A stretch of DNA of 64,000 nucleotides, from positions 14,384,001 to 14,448,000 of the forward strand of contig OZ193909.1 in the NCBI GenBank assembly GCA_964276515.1. Direction: 5' to 3'. The position numbers were made by a program, and so were the translations under genes. This document shows, one piece after another, positions 36,610 through 49,279 of this stretch. The number at the start of each line of letters is the position of its first letter. Positions within the stretch are counted from its first letter, which is position 1. This DNA comes from Gordius albopunctatus (Eukaryota). The notes beneath the pieces were generated by a model, which was not told the origin of the DNA, did no database searches, and saw only the letters and a list, made by a program, of their open reading frames with translations.

Positions 36610-37394
36610 CATACATACATACATACATACATACATACATACATACATACATACATACATACATACATACATACATACATACATACATACATACATACAT
36701 ACATACATACATACATACATACATACATACATACATACATACATACATACATACATACATACATACATACATACATACATACATACATACATACATACAT
36801 ACATACATACATACATACATACATACATACATACATACATACATACATACATACATACATACATACATACATACATACATACATACATACATACATACAT
36901 ACATACATACATACATACATACATACATACATACATACATACATACATACATACATACATACATACATACATACATACATACATACATACATACATACAT
37001 ACATACATACATACATACATACATACATACATACATACATACATACATACATACATACATACATACATACATACATACATACATACATACATACATACAT
37101 ACATACATACATACATACATACATACATACATACATACATACATACATACATACATACATACATACATACATACATACATACATACATACATACATACAT
37201 ACATACATACATACATACATACATACATACATACATACATACATACATACATACATACATACATACATACATACATACATACATACATACATACATACAT
37301 ACATACATACATACATACATACATACATACATACATACATACATACATACATACATACATACATACATACATACATACATACATACATACATAC
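36581..37394. repeat. (ACAT)n microsatellite, about 203 uninterrupted units
   Basis: Directly visible. It starts at the position (TTAGCCCTT|ACATAC) where other Helitron copies carry only a few units. Confidence 0.99.
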
Positions 37395-37753
37395 CATAGG
37401 TAGGCATAATATAATTATAAAAATCAATAATTTCTATAATCAATAATCGGGTTTTATCATTACTGTAAAGCAAAAAGTCACTGTCCTTAAATTAATTACA
37501 TAAAATCTAGTAAAATTGCCATAATTACGAGTTTAAACGCTTTAGCATATAAAATTTAGGCTCTCGCTTAAAAAGTCAAGAGCACAATTTAATTGAATAG
37601 TAGGTAGAATTCTCTACATTTATATGATTTTTAACTTGTATACTATGTAAAAAAAAAATTCGGAGATTAAACCAAGCTAGGCCATCCGCAACTATACGAA
37701 TAATAGGTATACTCATATAAGAGGAGGAAAGGACGACCGACTCTTAGTCTTAC

Positions 37754-37879
37754 CTTTCTTTTAATATTATTTTGTGTGCTCTGGGCTGAGTGATGATGGG
37801 GTTTTGGGTGATAAAGCCAATGGTTGTGATTTCCATCTCCTTTTTTGCTCTTGGCATACGGGCGAAGATTTTTAAATGG
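37754..37879 (-). CDS. Candidate upstream exon of the SILK-repeat gene
   Basis: CCCTTTCTAG| 126 nt |GTAAGA. Open in phase 0/0 (PFKNLRPYAKSKKGDGNHNHWLYHPKPHHHSAQSTQNNIKRK), which is compatible with the phase-0 acceptor at 32134. No homology recognised. Confidence 0.35.
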
Positions 37880-38039
37880 CTAGAAAGGGTGGTGTGGGGT
37901 AAAACACAATAAGATCAGGGGTGTTACAATAGGTGGCGCAGAGACGTTAGGCAAACGAGAAACAAGATAATTTGGGCATTTAGGGGGTCCCGAATTATAG
38001 TATGATTCTTATGATAAATGTGGGTCTTTAATCTGGGAA

Positions 38040-40792
38040 AATCCCACCTGCTAGCCCTCTTATTCCACCTCTTGCCTCCATAATAGAGGATGCTCCTCAT
38101 GATGCCCCTTGCTCGTCCAACTCAAATCCTCAATCCTTAGACAGCCCCATTATTACCACTTCTTTGGACTATTCTTGGAGTGAGCCCGGCTACTCAACAG
38201 TTTTCAATCCATCTTATAACTTCCATTACAAGCTCTCCCTCAAATCTTACTAACTGGGATAAACTTTTCAGGCTTACCTTTCACACCTTATGTGTAAGAG
38301 GACCCAATGTTTAAAATCTGTCCAAACATATTAAAGACTCCTTTTTAAATTTCAATAATGATAATATTTTTAAAAATACCCCCCAGCACAAACAATCCTC
38401 AAACTCTTCCACTTCAAGCAAACTGCTAAACAAATTTCTTAAAAAATTGATAACTTTAACCCCAAAAGTGCTCTAAGAATATTTTATGATAATGACTCAA
38501 TTGCTCCTTACTCCCATGATTCATACCAACAACTCAAATCTAAACATGCCCCATCCTCATCGGAAAACCAACTCCCTACCTCAGCCTCTTCCATAAAACC
38601 AGACTATTCCGACATTCGTGAAGCCATCAATTCCTTTCCCATAGACTCTGCAGCAGGCCTCGACGGTTTCCGCCCCGTTTATTTACAAGACCTGATTAAC
38701 TTCCAAAACGTGAGCGCTGCAATTTTACTCAACTCTATAACGTTCCTATGCAATTTAATTGTCAATGGTAATATTCTTACCGAAATTATCCCTATATTGT
38801 TCGGCGCTAAACTCATCGCTATCAAAAAACCTGATAATTCGGTAAGACCCATTGCTATTGGAAGTGTTTTCCGACGTATTATATCAAAACTCATTTGTAA
38901 GACAATCAAATCCAGTTTAAGTGACAAGTTAATTCCTCATCAATTAGGATTTGGGGTTAAAGGCGGTTGTGAAGTTGCCAGTCACGCTGCGCGGATAAGT
39001 CTTCAACAAATTCCCTAGACTTTGCCAATGCATTCAATAATATTCGCCGAGAATCGATAATAAATTCTTACGTTGATGAGTTCCCAAAGTTTTCAAATTA
39101 CATCAGCTTAAGGTACTGTTGCATATCAAAACTAAAGTTTGGGGACTTTTTAATTGAATCGGCAGAAGGTATTCAACAGGGTGACCCCTTAGGTCCACCT
39201 TTGTTTTGTCTAGGGATCAAAAATTTTACCGAATCTCTCTCAAACCAATGCTCCTTATCATTAAACACCTGGTACCTAGACGATGCCACCTTATGCGGCC
39301 CTCCGAAAGAAATCTCCAAGGCCATTCTTTTAATCCGAGATCATGAAGCTACCCTAAACCTGAAATTGAATATCTCTAAATGTGAGATATATCAGTGCCC
39401 GGATACAGATATATTTCCCATTTTTAAGCCTTTTTTAAAAGTTGAAATGAAGATTTTAACTCATCTAGGCTCTCCAATAGGTGGACAAATCGCCTTAAAA
39501 GAGTTTTTACATAGTCACCTATCAACTCTTTCCTCGAAGATGGAAATTCTCAATACCCTCCCAAAATATCACAAATTTTATATCATTAAAAATTATTTTA
39601 ATATATCAAAAATTCAACACTGCTTCCGGTCATCATCAACTTTTTTATTACCCGAGATTTTAAAAAGCTACGATAGCTTTATGAAAAACACGCTAGAAGC
39701 CATCCTTAATATCAAATTCAGCACTTCTTCGTGGCTCCAAGCCTCATTCCTACTAAAGCTGGCGGCTTAGGCATACGGCCAACTACCTCAATTTCACTAG
39801 CAGCCTTTATCTCCTCGTATAAATCCGCCCAAGGTTTGATCGATCGATTAATCACAAAAAGCGAAGACCCATCGTTTGTACTAGCTCTAGATGTCTGGTC
39901 TGCCAACGTCAACCCAGGCAATTGGGATGCTGGCCTCGTATCGCGCTCCGTTGATTACCTCTTATCGAGTTGCGACGCCCGCCAGCACTTCAACCTTAAA
40001 TGTTTGGTTTTTGACGGATCGGGTCACGTGTGGCTAGAAGCTCATCCTAGTTCACTTTCTGGACTGATTTTGGAGGACCCAGAGCCTGCATACTCCATCA
40101 CCCTCAGACTAGGAATTCCCTATTCAAAGGAATATTCTTGCCGCAACTGCTCCCAGAACGTAGACATTTATGCTACACTGCCTTTACAATAAAATTAAAT
40201 ACACAAGGCACGAAAAGGTGAATAGCCTTATCCAAGCGGCTCTTAAAAAAGTTAATATCCCGTCCGTTTTAGAGCCGTCTGACCCTTTGTTAGAGGGAAG
40301 GATGCGACCAGACGACTCTACCCTCATCCCTTGGCAAAATGGTCTACCCCTTAAATGGGATTTCACCTGCATAGACATTTTCGCCCCCTCTAACCAAAAC
40401 TACAACGCTCTCACCCTCGCCGAACACCGCAAAACGGTAAAATACCAGGCCCTCCTACCCTCTAATATCTTTACCCCTATCGTTGCCTCATGTTCTGGGA
40501 CTTTTGGTCCTGCCGCCATCAAGCTTTTTAAAGATATCAGCCGTCGCTGCCCGCCCTCTAAATATTCCACAAATTATTTGCTTAAACAAAAAATTGGTAA
40601 TTTAATAGCAAAGTACAATTTTAAATCCTTGGCCGACAGCTGGCCACTTTTATTAGATGATACATGCGACGCTTTTTAATTATATTTTTTTTTATTTTGT
40701 TTTATTCCCGCCCTTATATTTTTAGAATTTTAACACTACGTTTTTTATAACTTTCTTACATTGAAATAAACAATACATACATTTAAAAAAAA
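38040..40792 (+). mobile_element. Second, 5'-truncated and more decayed CRE-clade RT/RLE retrotransposon (different subfamily)
   Basis: Fragments are colinear with 6759-9769: DSAAGLDGFRPVYLQDL, RPIAIG, LDFANAFN, GIQQGDPLGP, WYLDD, CRNC, RHEKVN, RPD...WDFT. There are several frameshifts and deletions. Stop at 40679, AATAAA ~40765, A-tail 40785-40792. The 5' boundary is approximate. Confidence 0.9.
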
Positions 40793-40874
40793 TTAGAGGC
40801 CCTGGAGGATTATTGACACCAGACAATTCAAGAAACGGTTTCTCGGGCAGTCTCACTCGAGTAACGCCTTCGGC

Positions 40875-41429
40875 TAGAGTCCTGCACGGGCTACCCGAGC
40901 CCCGCCCGGCCCGAATTTAACTAAAGAAAATTAATCTTTTATAAAATAGGTTTTAAATAAACTCAACTCGATATCAGATAATTATCTTCGCACTGCGTAC
41001 ATTATATAGCTTCCAAACTTCTGCTATTCCTGTTCTATTATAATATAACTGATCTGAATTGCAAATCTTATTCTAGTATTTAAATAGATTCATAGTAGCT
41101 GTTACAACTTTAGAAATAAGATAAGTAAATATTTCAAAAAGTTTTTATATTTTAAACTGTTAAAAATATATTTTAAAAATTTAAATTCTTAGCTTTAAAA
41201 GATTAGCTAAATAAATTGTAACGAGTGAAAGATTTTTTATTTCAAGCTTATCCTACTTGTAAATTACGAACAATATCAATCTAACGCATTTTATAAAATT
41301 TAATTTTTCCAAAATTTTATTTGAAAAATCGGGTCGGGCCAAAAATAAAAAAATCTTCCGGGCCGGGCTCGAGCAAAAATAAAATTGAGTCGAGCTCGGG
41401 AAGAAATTTTTTTATTTTGCATGGCTCTA
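40875..41429. mobile_element. hAT MITE related to the TAGAGTCCTGC family
   Basis: Ends TAGAGTCCTGC and GCATGGCTCTA, with CCCGA/TCGGG subterminal repeats facing inward. The flanks do not form a TSD. Confidence 0.55.
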
Positions 41430-42169
41430 ACGTTATAAATTGTAGGTCACTTTTCTTTATGTATACTATTTTTAAGGTAAAATTGTCTATTGATATAAAG
41501 TTAGTTAAATTAAAAAATGGACTTTAATAAGTTTTAAGGCAAAATATGTCTTAGGTTTGTAAAAATATTCATTCTATCTAAACCTTTTTGTCCTAACAAC
41601 TTAAAATTTGTCTTTTAACCTTTTGCTAATTTTAAACATTTAATTTACAATAGGCTTTAAAAAAATTTAAGGTTCTTAAAAATTTATTTAAGTAATTTGG
41701 CTTTGGACTCTATTATTATTATAATATTTCGAATTATATCTTGGGCCTTATCGTCCCGTAAATTAAAGCTTAAAGCAGTCAAGTTATATTATTTCTTCCT
41801 TATTGCTATATGCTACTGCGTACATAAAAATAAAATTTCAAATTTTAACTCAATTAAAATTAATCCATATTGAAAGTCAGTTTTTTTATTTGTGTTATTA
41901 TTTACAATTTGAAATTATGACACTAATTTTGAACCATTTTTACATGGGCGTAGCCAGGGGGGTCAGAGACGCGGCCACCCCACCCCCTAAATGACGAAAT
42001 AAAATTTTTTTAAAATGAAGTATAATGATATTACATAACCTGAGGAGACTAGGATTTAATTATGAAGATCTACAATTTCTAAAAACGCTTTTTTCAATCT
42101 GTAAAAATTACTACTACAACACGACTTTTATTCATTTGACAACCGATATTAAATTACGATAAAATAAAG

Positions 42170-43282
42170 TCAAACTTTTTGCAAAACCCATAATGCCGTT
42201 GTATAATGCGTTCCCTGAGTACATCCCTGTTGACCTAAGTCAAGACAGGCATCGTAAAATTCGAGAACCTCCCAATTCGACATTAAGTGTTGCAATCGAT
42301 GCTGACCATATATCCTATTAGCTCCCGCTATAACTTTAGTTTCGTCGCTAGTAAATGGAACGTTAAGGAAGAGCAAACCACCTGGCACCAGCAGGCACCA
42401 TATCATAGCCATAGCCTGTAAATCGGCATCTAGATTTAAGGTGGCCGGTCCATCTTGGCCCAACCCTAAATGTTCTATCGCTGAAAAGGACATAGCGAAA
42501 TGAAATAAATTTGAATCATTTTGCCCCTTAGCCATGATATCATAACTCTTCCAAAGGTCTTTTAAACCTGTTCGAGTCAGTGTTACTATTCTTTTGTCGT
42601 AAGATGCTGGGAGACTTTGTTCGTTATACATGTACATGCGGCGCGCTCCGTTTAACAGGGCTAAAACACTGAGCCAAGGGATGGAAGAACCGAAATCCAA
42701 TCCAATTCCTTCATTTACGACTAAGGAATATTTGGTCAAAGCCGCTTGTATAAGGTCTTCTTCCTTGAGTCCGTAAGGCCCTATCTGTTTTCTCAAGGCC
42801 CGATCTACTATCAGATTATTGATGAACTTAGTGGTCAAAATTTGAGGTGTTTCGTATGCCCTTCGTTTGGAATAATAACTACTTTTAACGAATGGGAATT
42901 CTTCGTAGATCATTTTATTTGATTGCAAAGTAGTTTGCTTTTGATTAAAATTACTATTTTTGTCATCTAACGAATTTGCTACGAGAGGTGCGCAATCAAC
43001 TTTTTTGCGTATGAATGGGTGAAACGTACGTTTTTCACCTTTTATTGACAGGTCGCATATTTCGCCACATGCATTATTCAATTTTATGAGATTTTTGGAA
43101 TTCGAAACGAATATTTTGCTGTCGTTGTTACCATCTTTTTTTATCTTGTCAGCCATGTAAGGAAAACTCCGATTTTTTAACCATATCGCAACATCCCCTT
43201 TTTGTAGGATATAACAAAGGAAAGTCAAAAGGCATAAAATCCCTAGCCAACTTTTTGAGGGACTCAAATTTAATCCCAGCAT
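42170..43282 (-). CDS. Intronless DUF268-like protein (SAM-dependent methyltransferase fold) with N-terminal membrane anchor
   Basis: 370-aa ORF from ATG 43282, with hydrophobic WLGILCLLTFLCYIL near the N-terminus. Motifs GSSIPWL..LAL.NGA, FAMSFSAIEHLGLG, DLQAM...CLLVPGGLLFLNVP and NRIYG..RL match the recalled DUF268 (PF03269) pattern. Confidence 0.85.
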   Translation of the reverse strand: MLGLNLSPSKSWLGILCLLTFLCYILQKGDVAIWLKNRSFPYMADKIKKDGNNDSKIFVSNSKNLIKLNNACGEICDLSIKGEKRTFHPFIRKKVDCAPLVANSLDDKNSNFNQKQTTLQSNKMIYEEFPFVKSSYYSKRRAYETPQILTTKFINNLIVDRALRKQIGPYGLKEEDLIQAALTKYSLVVNEGIGLDFGSSIPWLSVLALLNGARRMYMYNEQSLPASYDKRIVTLTRTGLKDLWKSYDIMAKGQNDSNLFHFAMSFSAIEHLGLGQDGPATLNLDADLQAMAMIWCLLVPGGLLFLNVPFTSDETKVIAGANRIYGQHRLQHLMSNWEVLEFYDACLDLGQQGCTQGTHYTTALWVLQKV

Positions 43283-43962
43283 TATAATCAATTAATCGCG
43301 ATGAGTTAAGTAATAATCTACGAGTTTAAGAGTATGACCTATGGAACAATTGGAGTTGCGATTGAATGACAATCTCATTGTTAACGCCAATTCATTTAAT
43401 TTGCAGTAGTTTAATCTAAATGATATTTAACCTTTACCTCGATTATTTTTCGTTTCCTGTGTGTAAGGAAGGATTACCTAAATACGGCATGGACTGTTAC
43501 TTAAGTTAATAAAGTGTAGGTTTTAAATTTTAATAAGAAATTCATATTTATACGCCCGAGCTAATTTTTTTATTGATGCTTAATGTAAAATTTGATGAGA
43601 TTCGTTTTCATTTTATGTAAATTAATAAATCAGCCTTAGGGATTATATGTAAATAATATTAATTCGAACAAAACATGCATAAAAATAACATCTTTGTCCT
43701 AGAGGTTATGAACCATAGATTATTATATTTTAATTATAATATGTAAAAAGAATAGTAGATTTCAATTATTGATCATTTGATATTAAAATCCAATAAAAAA
43801 TAAATGATTTTTATTATTTTTTTTTGTTTTTGAACCTTATATTCATACTAATGGTGTAGGAGGTTTAGCCCCCTCCGATTTTTTACATATATTTTTAAAA
43901 TGACGATTGCAATACAAAATTTTATATAATCGCATACGCCCAATTTTGCATATACATATAGC

Positions 43963-44164
43963 TAGAGTTGTTATATTGCTAACTTTCTTCAACTCCAGCT
44001 ACCATATGCTCGAGTTTCTGCTCGGCCCTCGAGCATTTTTATATGCTACTGCTCTGCCTAGTGCACCAAAAGCGAGCACATATTGTGCTAACGAGCATAT
44101 TAAGCAACCCAGTATGCGTGCTCGCGTCTGGAGTTTGAAGAAAGTTAGCAATTTAACAACTCTA
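43963..44164. mobile_element. hAT MITE (TAGAGTTGTTA family)
   Basis: TIRs TAGAGTTGTTATATTGCTAACTTTCTTCAA / TTGAAGAAAGTTAGCAATTTAACAACTCTA, with 8-bp TSD CATATAGC. Confidence 0.92.
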
Positions 44165-44229
44165 CATATAGCTGTAGTGTTCATACTTTTATCTTTTAAT
44201 TCAAATTAACTAGTAAATGCTAGTAGAAT

Positions 44230-44373
44230 CATGGGCGTACCCCCCCCCCCCTGAATGAAGGAAAAATAAATTTTTAAAATAAAAAACCCTTAAAAATTAA
44301 AAAAATTATGTTTTGCCCCCCCCCCCACTAATTGAACTTTTAAACGTTAATCCAAAACCTGGCTACGCCCATG
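44230..44373. mobile_element. Short hAT MITE (CATGGGCGTAGCC family)
   Basis: CATGGGCGTA...TACGCCCATG with 8-bp TSD AGTAGAAT. Confidence 0.88.
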
Positions 44374-45360
44374 AGTAGAATATAACTTATAATGGTTATA
44401 AGATTAAGCTAAAAATTTCAAATTAATAATTTAAGATTATTAAAGCGTTTCACAAAAATTAATTTTTTTAAATCTAGAGATGATTTTGACCTTAACTCCG
44501 ACAAAATTTATTAATGTGAAGGGGTCTAGGTTGGGTTTAATGGGCTTGTTTCACCACGTTATCAGCAAACCCTTTAAAAAATTTTTAAATTTCCAAATCA
44601 TAGCTTTATAAACCCCCTTATTTTTAAAACATTTTTTGTTGAAAACTGTAAAGTTCCATTTTTGAAATATTCTTTTAAATATCCCAAATTTATATTTTTA
44701 TTTGAGAATTATAGAAAAATTATTACTAAATGTTGTAAAAAGCTATTTCTTTTGAACTTTAAATAAATAATTTTACTAATGAACTTATATATAAAACTTT
44801 TTTAGGTGTTCTAATTATTGCAATATATTATTAACTTTTAATTATTCAATTATCCAATAAATTATACGTTTTTATTAATTAAATCCATCTTATTATATAT
44901 TTATAAAATAAATTCAAGTTTTCAATGATTAATGTTTTTAAAATTACTATTCAGAAAAGTATAGTGTCGGGCTAATAGTATCAGGCTGAGTTACAACAAA
45001 AAAGAATATCCTTTTGAAAGTGGTTAATTTAGTAGAGGGTCCATATTGTTTTGAATTATAATTTTTTAGGACAAATTGACGACAAACCCAAAGTTATTGA
45101 GGCCTTGTACTGTAATATTATTTGATAACAAAACTCATACTTTTAGGGTTTGATTTTTTTATTGCGTTCCTCTGTTACACTCAGTGGCGTACGCAAGGGG
45201 GTGGTCTTGGAGTTCAAACCACCCCCGCGGATTTCGGAAAAAATATTTTTTATTTTCTAGTATCGCATTATATAAACTCGGGCCTTCGGCCTTCGTGGGA
45301 AGGCGGAGGGGGGAAGGGAAGGAGGAACGAAACCCATCTATACTCCCTATAAAAGTAGCA

Positions 45361-46036
45361 TATTTGCTATGAAATTTATGGGCGAGAATCGGGGGTATTA
45401 AATGAAAAATGATTAGTTAATTATTTATACAAAATTTCCATCACTTTGGCCAGTGGTGATCTTTTTTAATGGTTAGCAGACAGCCAAATAACTAGCCTAT
45501 AATTATAATCATGAAAAAAAAATTGATTTTAATATCACTTTCGCCAATGGTCATTTTTTTCATTGGTCAGTAGCCAGCGGACTGCCAAAAAGTCATATTA
45601 TCAATGGTATTAACAAGAAAAATATATTAATTTTAAAAAAAAATTAAAAAAATTTGCCCTCTCCGGGATCCGAACCCACATCAGTAAAGGCATAGACTTT
45701 TGTAGGATGGTGGCACAGGGACCCATATCAGTAGAGGCATAGACCCTTTTACGGGAGGGCATAGGGTAATTATCAATGTTAACCTAATATACCAATTCAA
45801 AAAGGAAAAAAAAATTTTGAATCACAATTTGGCCAATGGTCATTTTTTTCATTCGCAGTAGCCAGCGGACAGCCAAAAAGTCATATTATCAATAGTATTA
45901 ACAAGACCAATATATTAATTTAATTTAAAAAAATTTGTCCTCTCCGGGTATCGAACCAGCAAGTCAGAACGTTGGAGGACGGACGGACGGACGGACGGAC
46001 ACCAAAAGGCGAGCCCATAAATTGCATAGCAATTAA
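45361..46036. repeat. Helentron/DINE-like element with internal tandem units carrying tRNA B-box motifs
   Basis: Left TTGCTATGAAATTTATGGGC is a near inverted copy of right GCCCATAAATTGCATAGCAA. (GGAC)n at 45977-46000. A ~145-bp unit repeats at ~45531 and ~45820. Confidence 0.6.
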
Positions 46037-47304
46037 TAAATATTATGAAATGAGTGTTACTTAATTAACTATGAGTTATTCTATTCAGTGGCGTACGCAA
46101 TGGGAGGGTTATGTGGTTAAAATTCACCCTCCCCCGCGGAATTTTTTTTTAAACTTATGTAATGCAGTACAAGATTTAATAAGTACGAAAGCGGCTTAAT
46201 ACTCAATTTTACTTTAATAAATCATGGGCATAGCCAAGGGGGGGGGGTGGTTGCCCTCTTCAGATTCCAAAATTTTCTTAAAATATATTAAAATGATAGA
46301 TAAAATTTCAAAAAAAGTTCATTTTCCCCTCCCTAAACCATTATCGCTCCCCTCTAATTCCAATGCTGGCTTCGCCCATGGAAAAAATTAATTTCTAATT
46401 TAAAAATTATGGTTTACAAGTAACAGAATATTCAAATCCTTTTATATTATTGAGAATAATGTTGCGAATAAGAAGATTTTACATAAGGTGATAGAACGTC
46501 AGAAAAAGCGCTATTAATAAATTAATAATTGTATTCACTAAGAATTAAAAAAAATCAAATTTGGATCTATTTTGAGCCTCAATCGGGCTTCAGAAGATTG
46601 CTGCATCTTGGATTCTACTAAAATGATCGGGCTTCTCAGATTAAATTTTAAATAATTTTTTTTACTGCAAAGCACAGAATTTTAAGATTGAAATAAAAAA
46701 TATGATGAATCCATTGTTGCAAAATCATATAATTTTCAACAGATCATTTATCGATATTTTTGTGGTTTTTCTCACTTATTACCAATTAAATATATAATTT
46801 CAGATTCTGAATTCATAATTTGTTTAAAATTAACAAGGGCTTAAAAACATTATTTTTGGGACGGACATAAGAAAAACACCAAGCTTGGATTGAGCTCAGC
46901 CCAATGAAAAACAATGTGCAGAACTCTCGCCTAAGCAGGTGTTATTAACAACAAATTTAGAACCTTAAATTATCACAGGCATTAAATGCTGTCAAGTTGA
47001 AAAGGGGAAACAACTAAAAAATAATTTTACAGGGGAATTTTATGTTAGTTTTAAAAGTAAATATTTATTATAGAGATAATTTGTTTTTTTAAAAGGTACA
47101 AAGTGAGACTTTACTCACATCAACTTAATTATGTGTTGTTTTACAATTTTTTAATACCAAATTGGCTTTCTATGTTCTCAACTTGTTTACACCAACCTCA
47201 ATAGAATTTAAAATCTAAATTTGGCTGGACAAACTCACATGGATGCTACTGCAAAAAAGATCCTATAAGTTTTTTCTTTATCTGAATAAAAAATTTGAAA
47301 ACCC

Positions 47305-48480
47305 CTCAATATCGGCTAATCAATTCGGATTCGTGTCCGGCAAATCCACAATCGACCCAATCTTCGCCCTGAGACAAATGATGGATAAGTATGGTGAAAA
47401 GAGGAAATACCTACATATGGTTTTTATCGACTTGGAGAAAGCTTATGACACGGTCCCCGCGACTTAATATGGTGGTGCCTGAGGAAACAAAATATCCCTG
47501 ACGCATATATACGGCTTATGAAAAATATTTATGAAGCCTCAAACTCTTGCGTTAGGACGACAGTTGGAGACTCTAAACCTTTTCGGGTTAATATTGGATT
47601 ACATCAACGCTCTGCTTTAAGTCCCTTTTTATTAAATATAATTATAGACACGATAACGAGGGACGTTCAAAAGCCTTCGCCATGGTGTATGCTATATGCC
47701 GATGATATAGTACTATGCGAGGAAACAAGAGAGAAAGTATTCGAAGAAGCCGAAAAATGGTCAAAGCGCTTAGCTGGATATGTTTTAAAGGTCAACGATA
47801 GAAAAACGGTATACATGGAAATGAACGGTACAGGCATCCCATCGCTGGATGCCCATCTAAAGTACCCAAAAGTAGACAGATTTAATTACCTCGGCTCGAT
47901 GCTACACGAGAGGGAGGTTGCGCAACGGAAGTCAATGCCCGGATCCAAAAAGGATGGCTTAAATGGCGAAGTATATCCGGTGTAATGTGCGACAAGAAAA
48001 TGCCAATATGGTTGAAGAGCAAAGCTTACAAATCCATCGTAAGACCGGTGTTACTCTATGGAAGTGAAACATGGGCATTAAACACCACGGAATTAAAGCT
48101 ATTACAAGCCACAGAGATGAGAATGATACGGTGGAGCTTGGGGTATACTAAGCTCGACCATATGACGAATGACTTTTTCATGACAAAAATTGGTATTCAA
48201 TCTATGGCGGACATGATTAACGAAAATCGGCTAAGGTGGTATGGTCATATACTAAGGAGGGATACGGATGACGTAAATTGAAAAGTGCTGGACTTGGAGA
48301 TACCGGGGAAGAGAGGAAGAGGACGACCCCGTGTCACGTGGAAAGGGCAAGTCGATAAAGTTATGGAAACTAAAGAGATTAGTCAAGACATGGCACTCAC
48401 CCGGTCAAGATGGAAGAAACTTATCAAAACAAACCCCACCAATGTGGGACCAAATAAGTGATAAAGAAGAGGAAGAAGAG
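47305..48480 (+). mobile_element. 5'-truncated RTE-clade LINE (RT pseudogene)
   Basis: NQFGFVSGKSTIDPIFALRQ, VFIDLEKAYDTVP, GLHQRSALSPFL, LYADDIVL, FNYLGS, IVRPVLLYGSETW, RLRWYGHILRR, RGRGRPRVTW. In-frame stops and a frameshift. Short 3' UTR ending in a (GAA)-like tail. Confidence 0.92.
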
Positions 48481-49067
48481 AGTAATTTGTGCCTGTCAAA
48501 CGATTTAAAAGATATGAAATGAGTATTCGATAGCATGAATTTACTAGAAGTTTTTATGCACCTCCCGAATCTTTGAACTTTAATTAAACATGTGAATACA
48601 TTGGTTTGTCATACGCTTTACTTTTCACTTTATATTCGGAGGTTGGCGGGTGCATTGAAACTTACTGCAATACCTATAATTAAATAGGTAGTTATAAAAT
48701 TAGACAAATCGAAGGGCTTGCTTTAAAAAAGAGCTCTTGATATTTTTCTAGCAAATTTTTCCACTAATAAATTAACGAAAATAAGAACCATTCAAACCAA
48801 GATAATCGCCTAAATTGTTTACTCAGCTTAGTTTGCATATAAATCATAGGTTTCAACATTTTTGATAGTTGTAGTAAATACTATTAATTTATGACGGTAA
48901 AACGAATGTGACTCGTTTTAAAAGTATTTTTGTTTATTGTTATAATTATGGTTATAATATTAGCTAGTTAGCATACTAGAAAATTTCATATTCATATCGT
49001 TACGATTTACCTTGTGGTTCTTGAAGTGCACGTTAAAATTGTAATTCCTTTTTATAAAAACGCTGTT

Positions 49068-49279
49068 ATGGGACACGAAAATATTTGGTTTAGCCATCCT
49101 AGAAATTTTGGTCCAGGCTCCCGTTATTGCAGATGCTGTGGAAATACACACGGTCTTATTCGAAAATATAAGTTATTTATGTGCCGAAAATGTTTCAAGC
49201 AATATGCCAAAGATATTGGATTTGTTAAGGTATATTGTATTTTTGGATATTAATTTATAATTTTTTATAGTATGACTGA
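49068..49279 (+). CDS. RPS29: 40S ribosomal protein S29 (uS14), 2 coding exons
   Basis: Exons 49068-49229 and 49271-49279 (41-nt GT-AG intron) give the 56-aa [59 protein letters not shown]-like TTCCTTTTT lies at ~49045 and AATAAA at ~49335. Confidence 0.97.

Noticed and set aside
36565..37473. Three long ORFs of (MYVC)n
   Set aside because: Translation artefact of the (ATGT)n microsatellite.
45655..45965. Functional tRNA genes at the GGTTCGA motifs
   Set aside because: Only T-loop-like fragments inside repeat units; no D-arm, anticodon arm or acceptor stem.
49014..49067. N-terminal extension of RPS29 in the ORF track
   Set aside because: It starts at GTG upstream of the TOP-like tract; the conserved start is ATG 49068.
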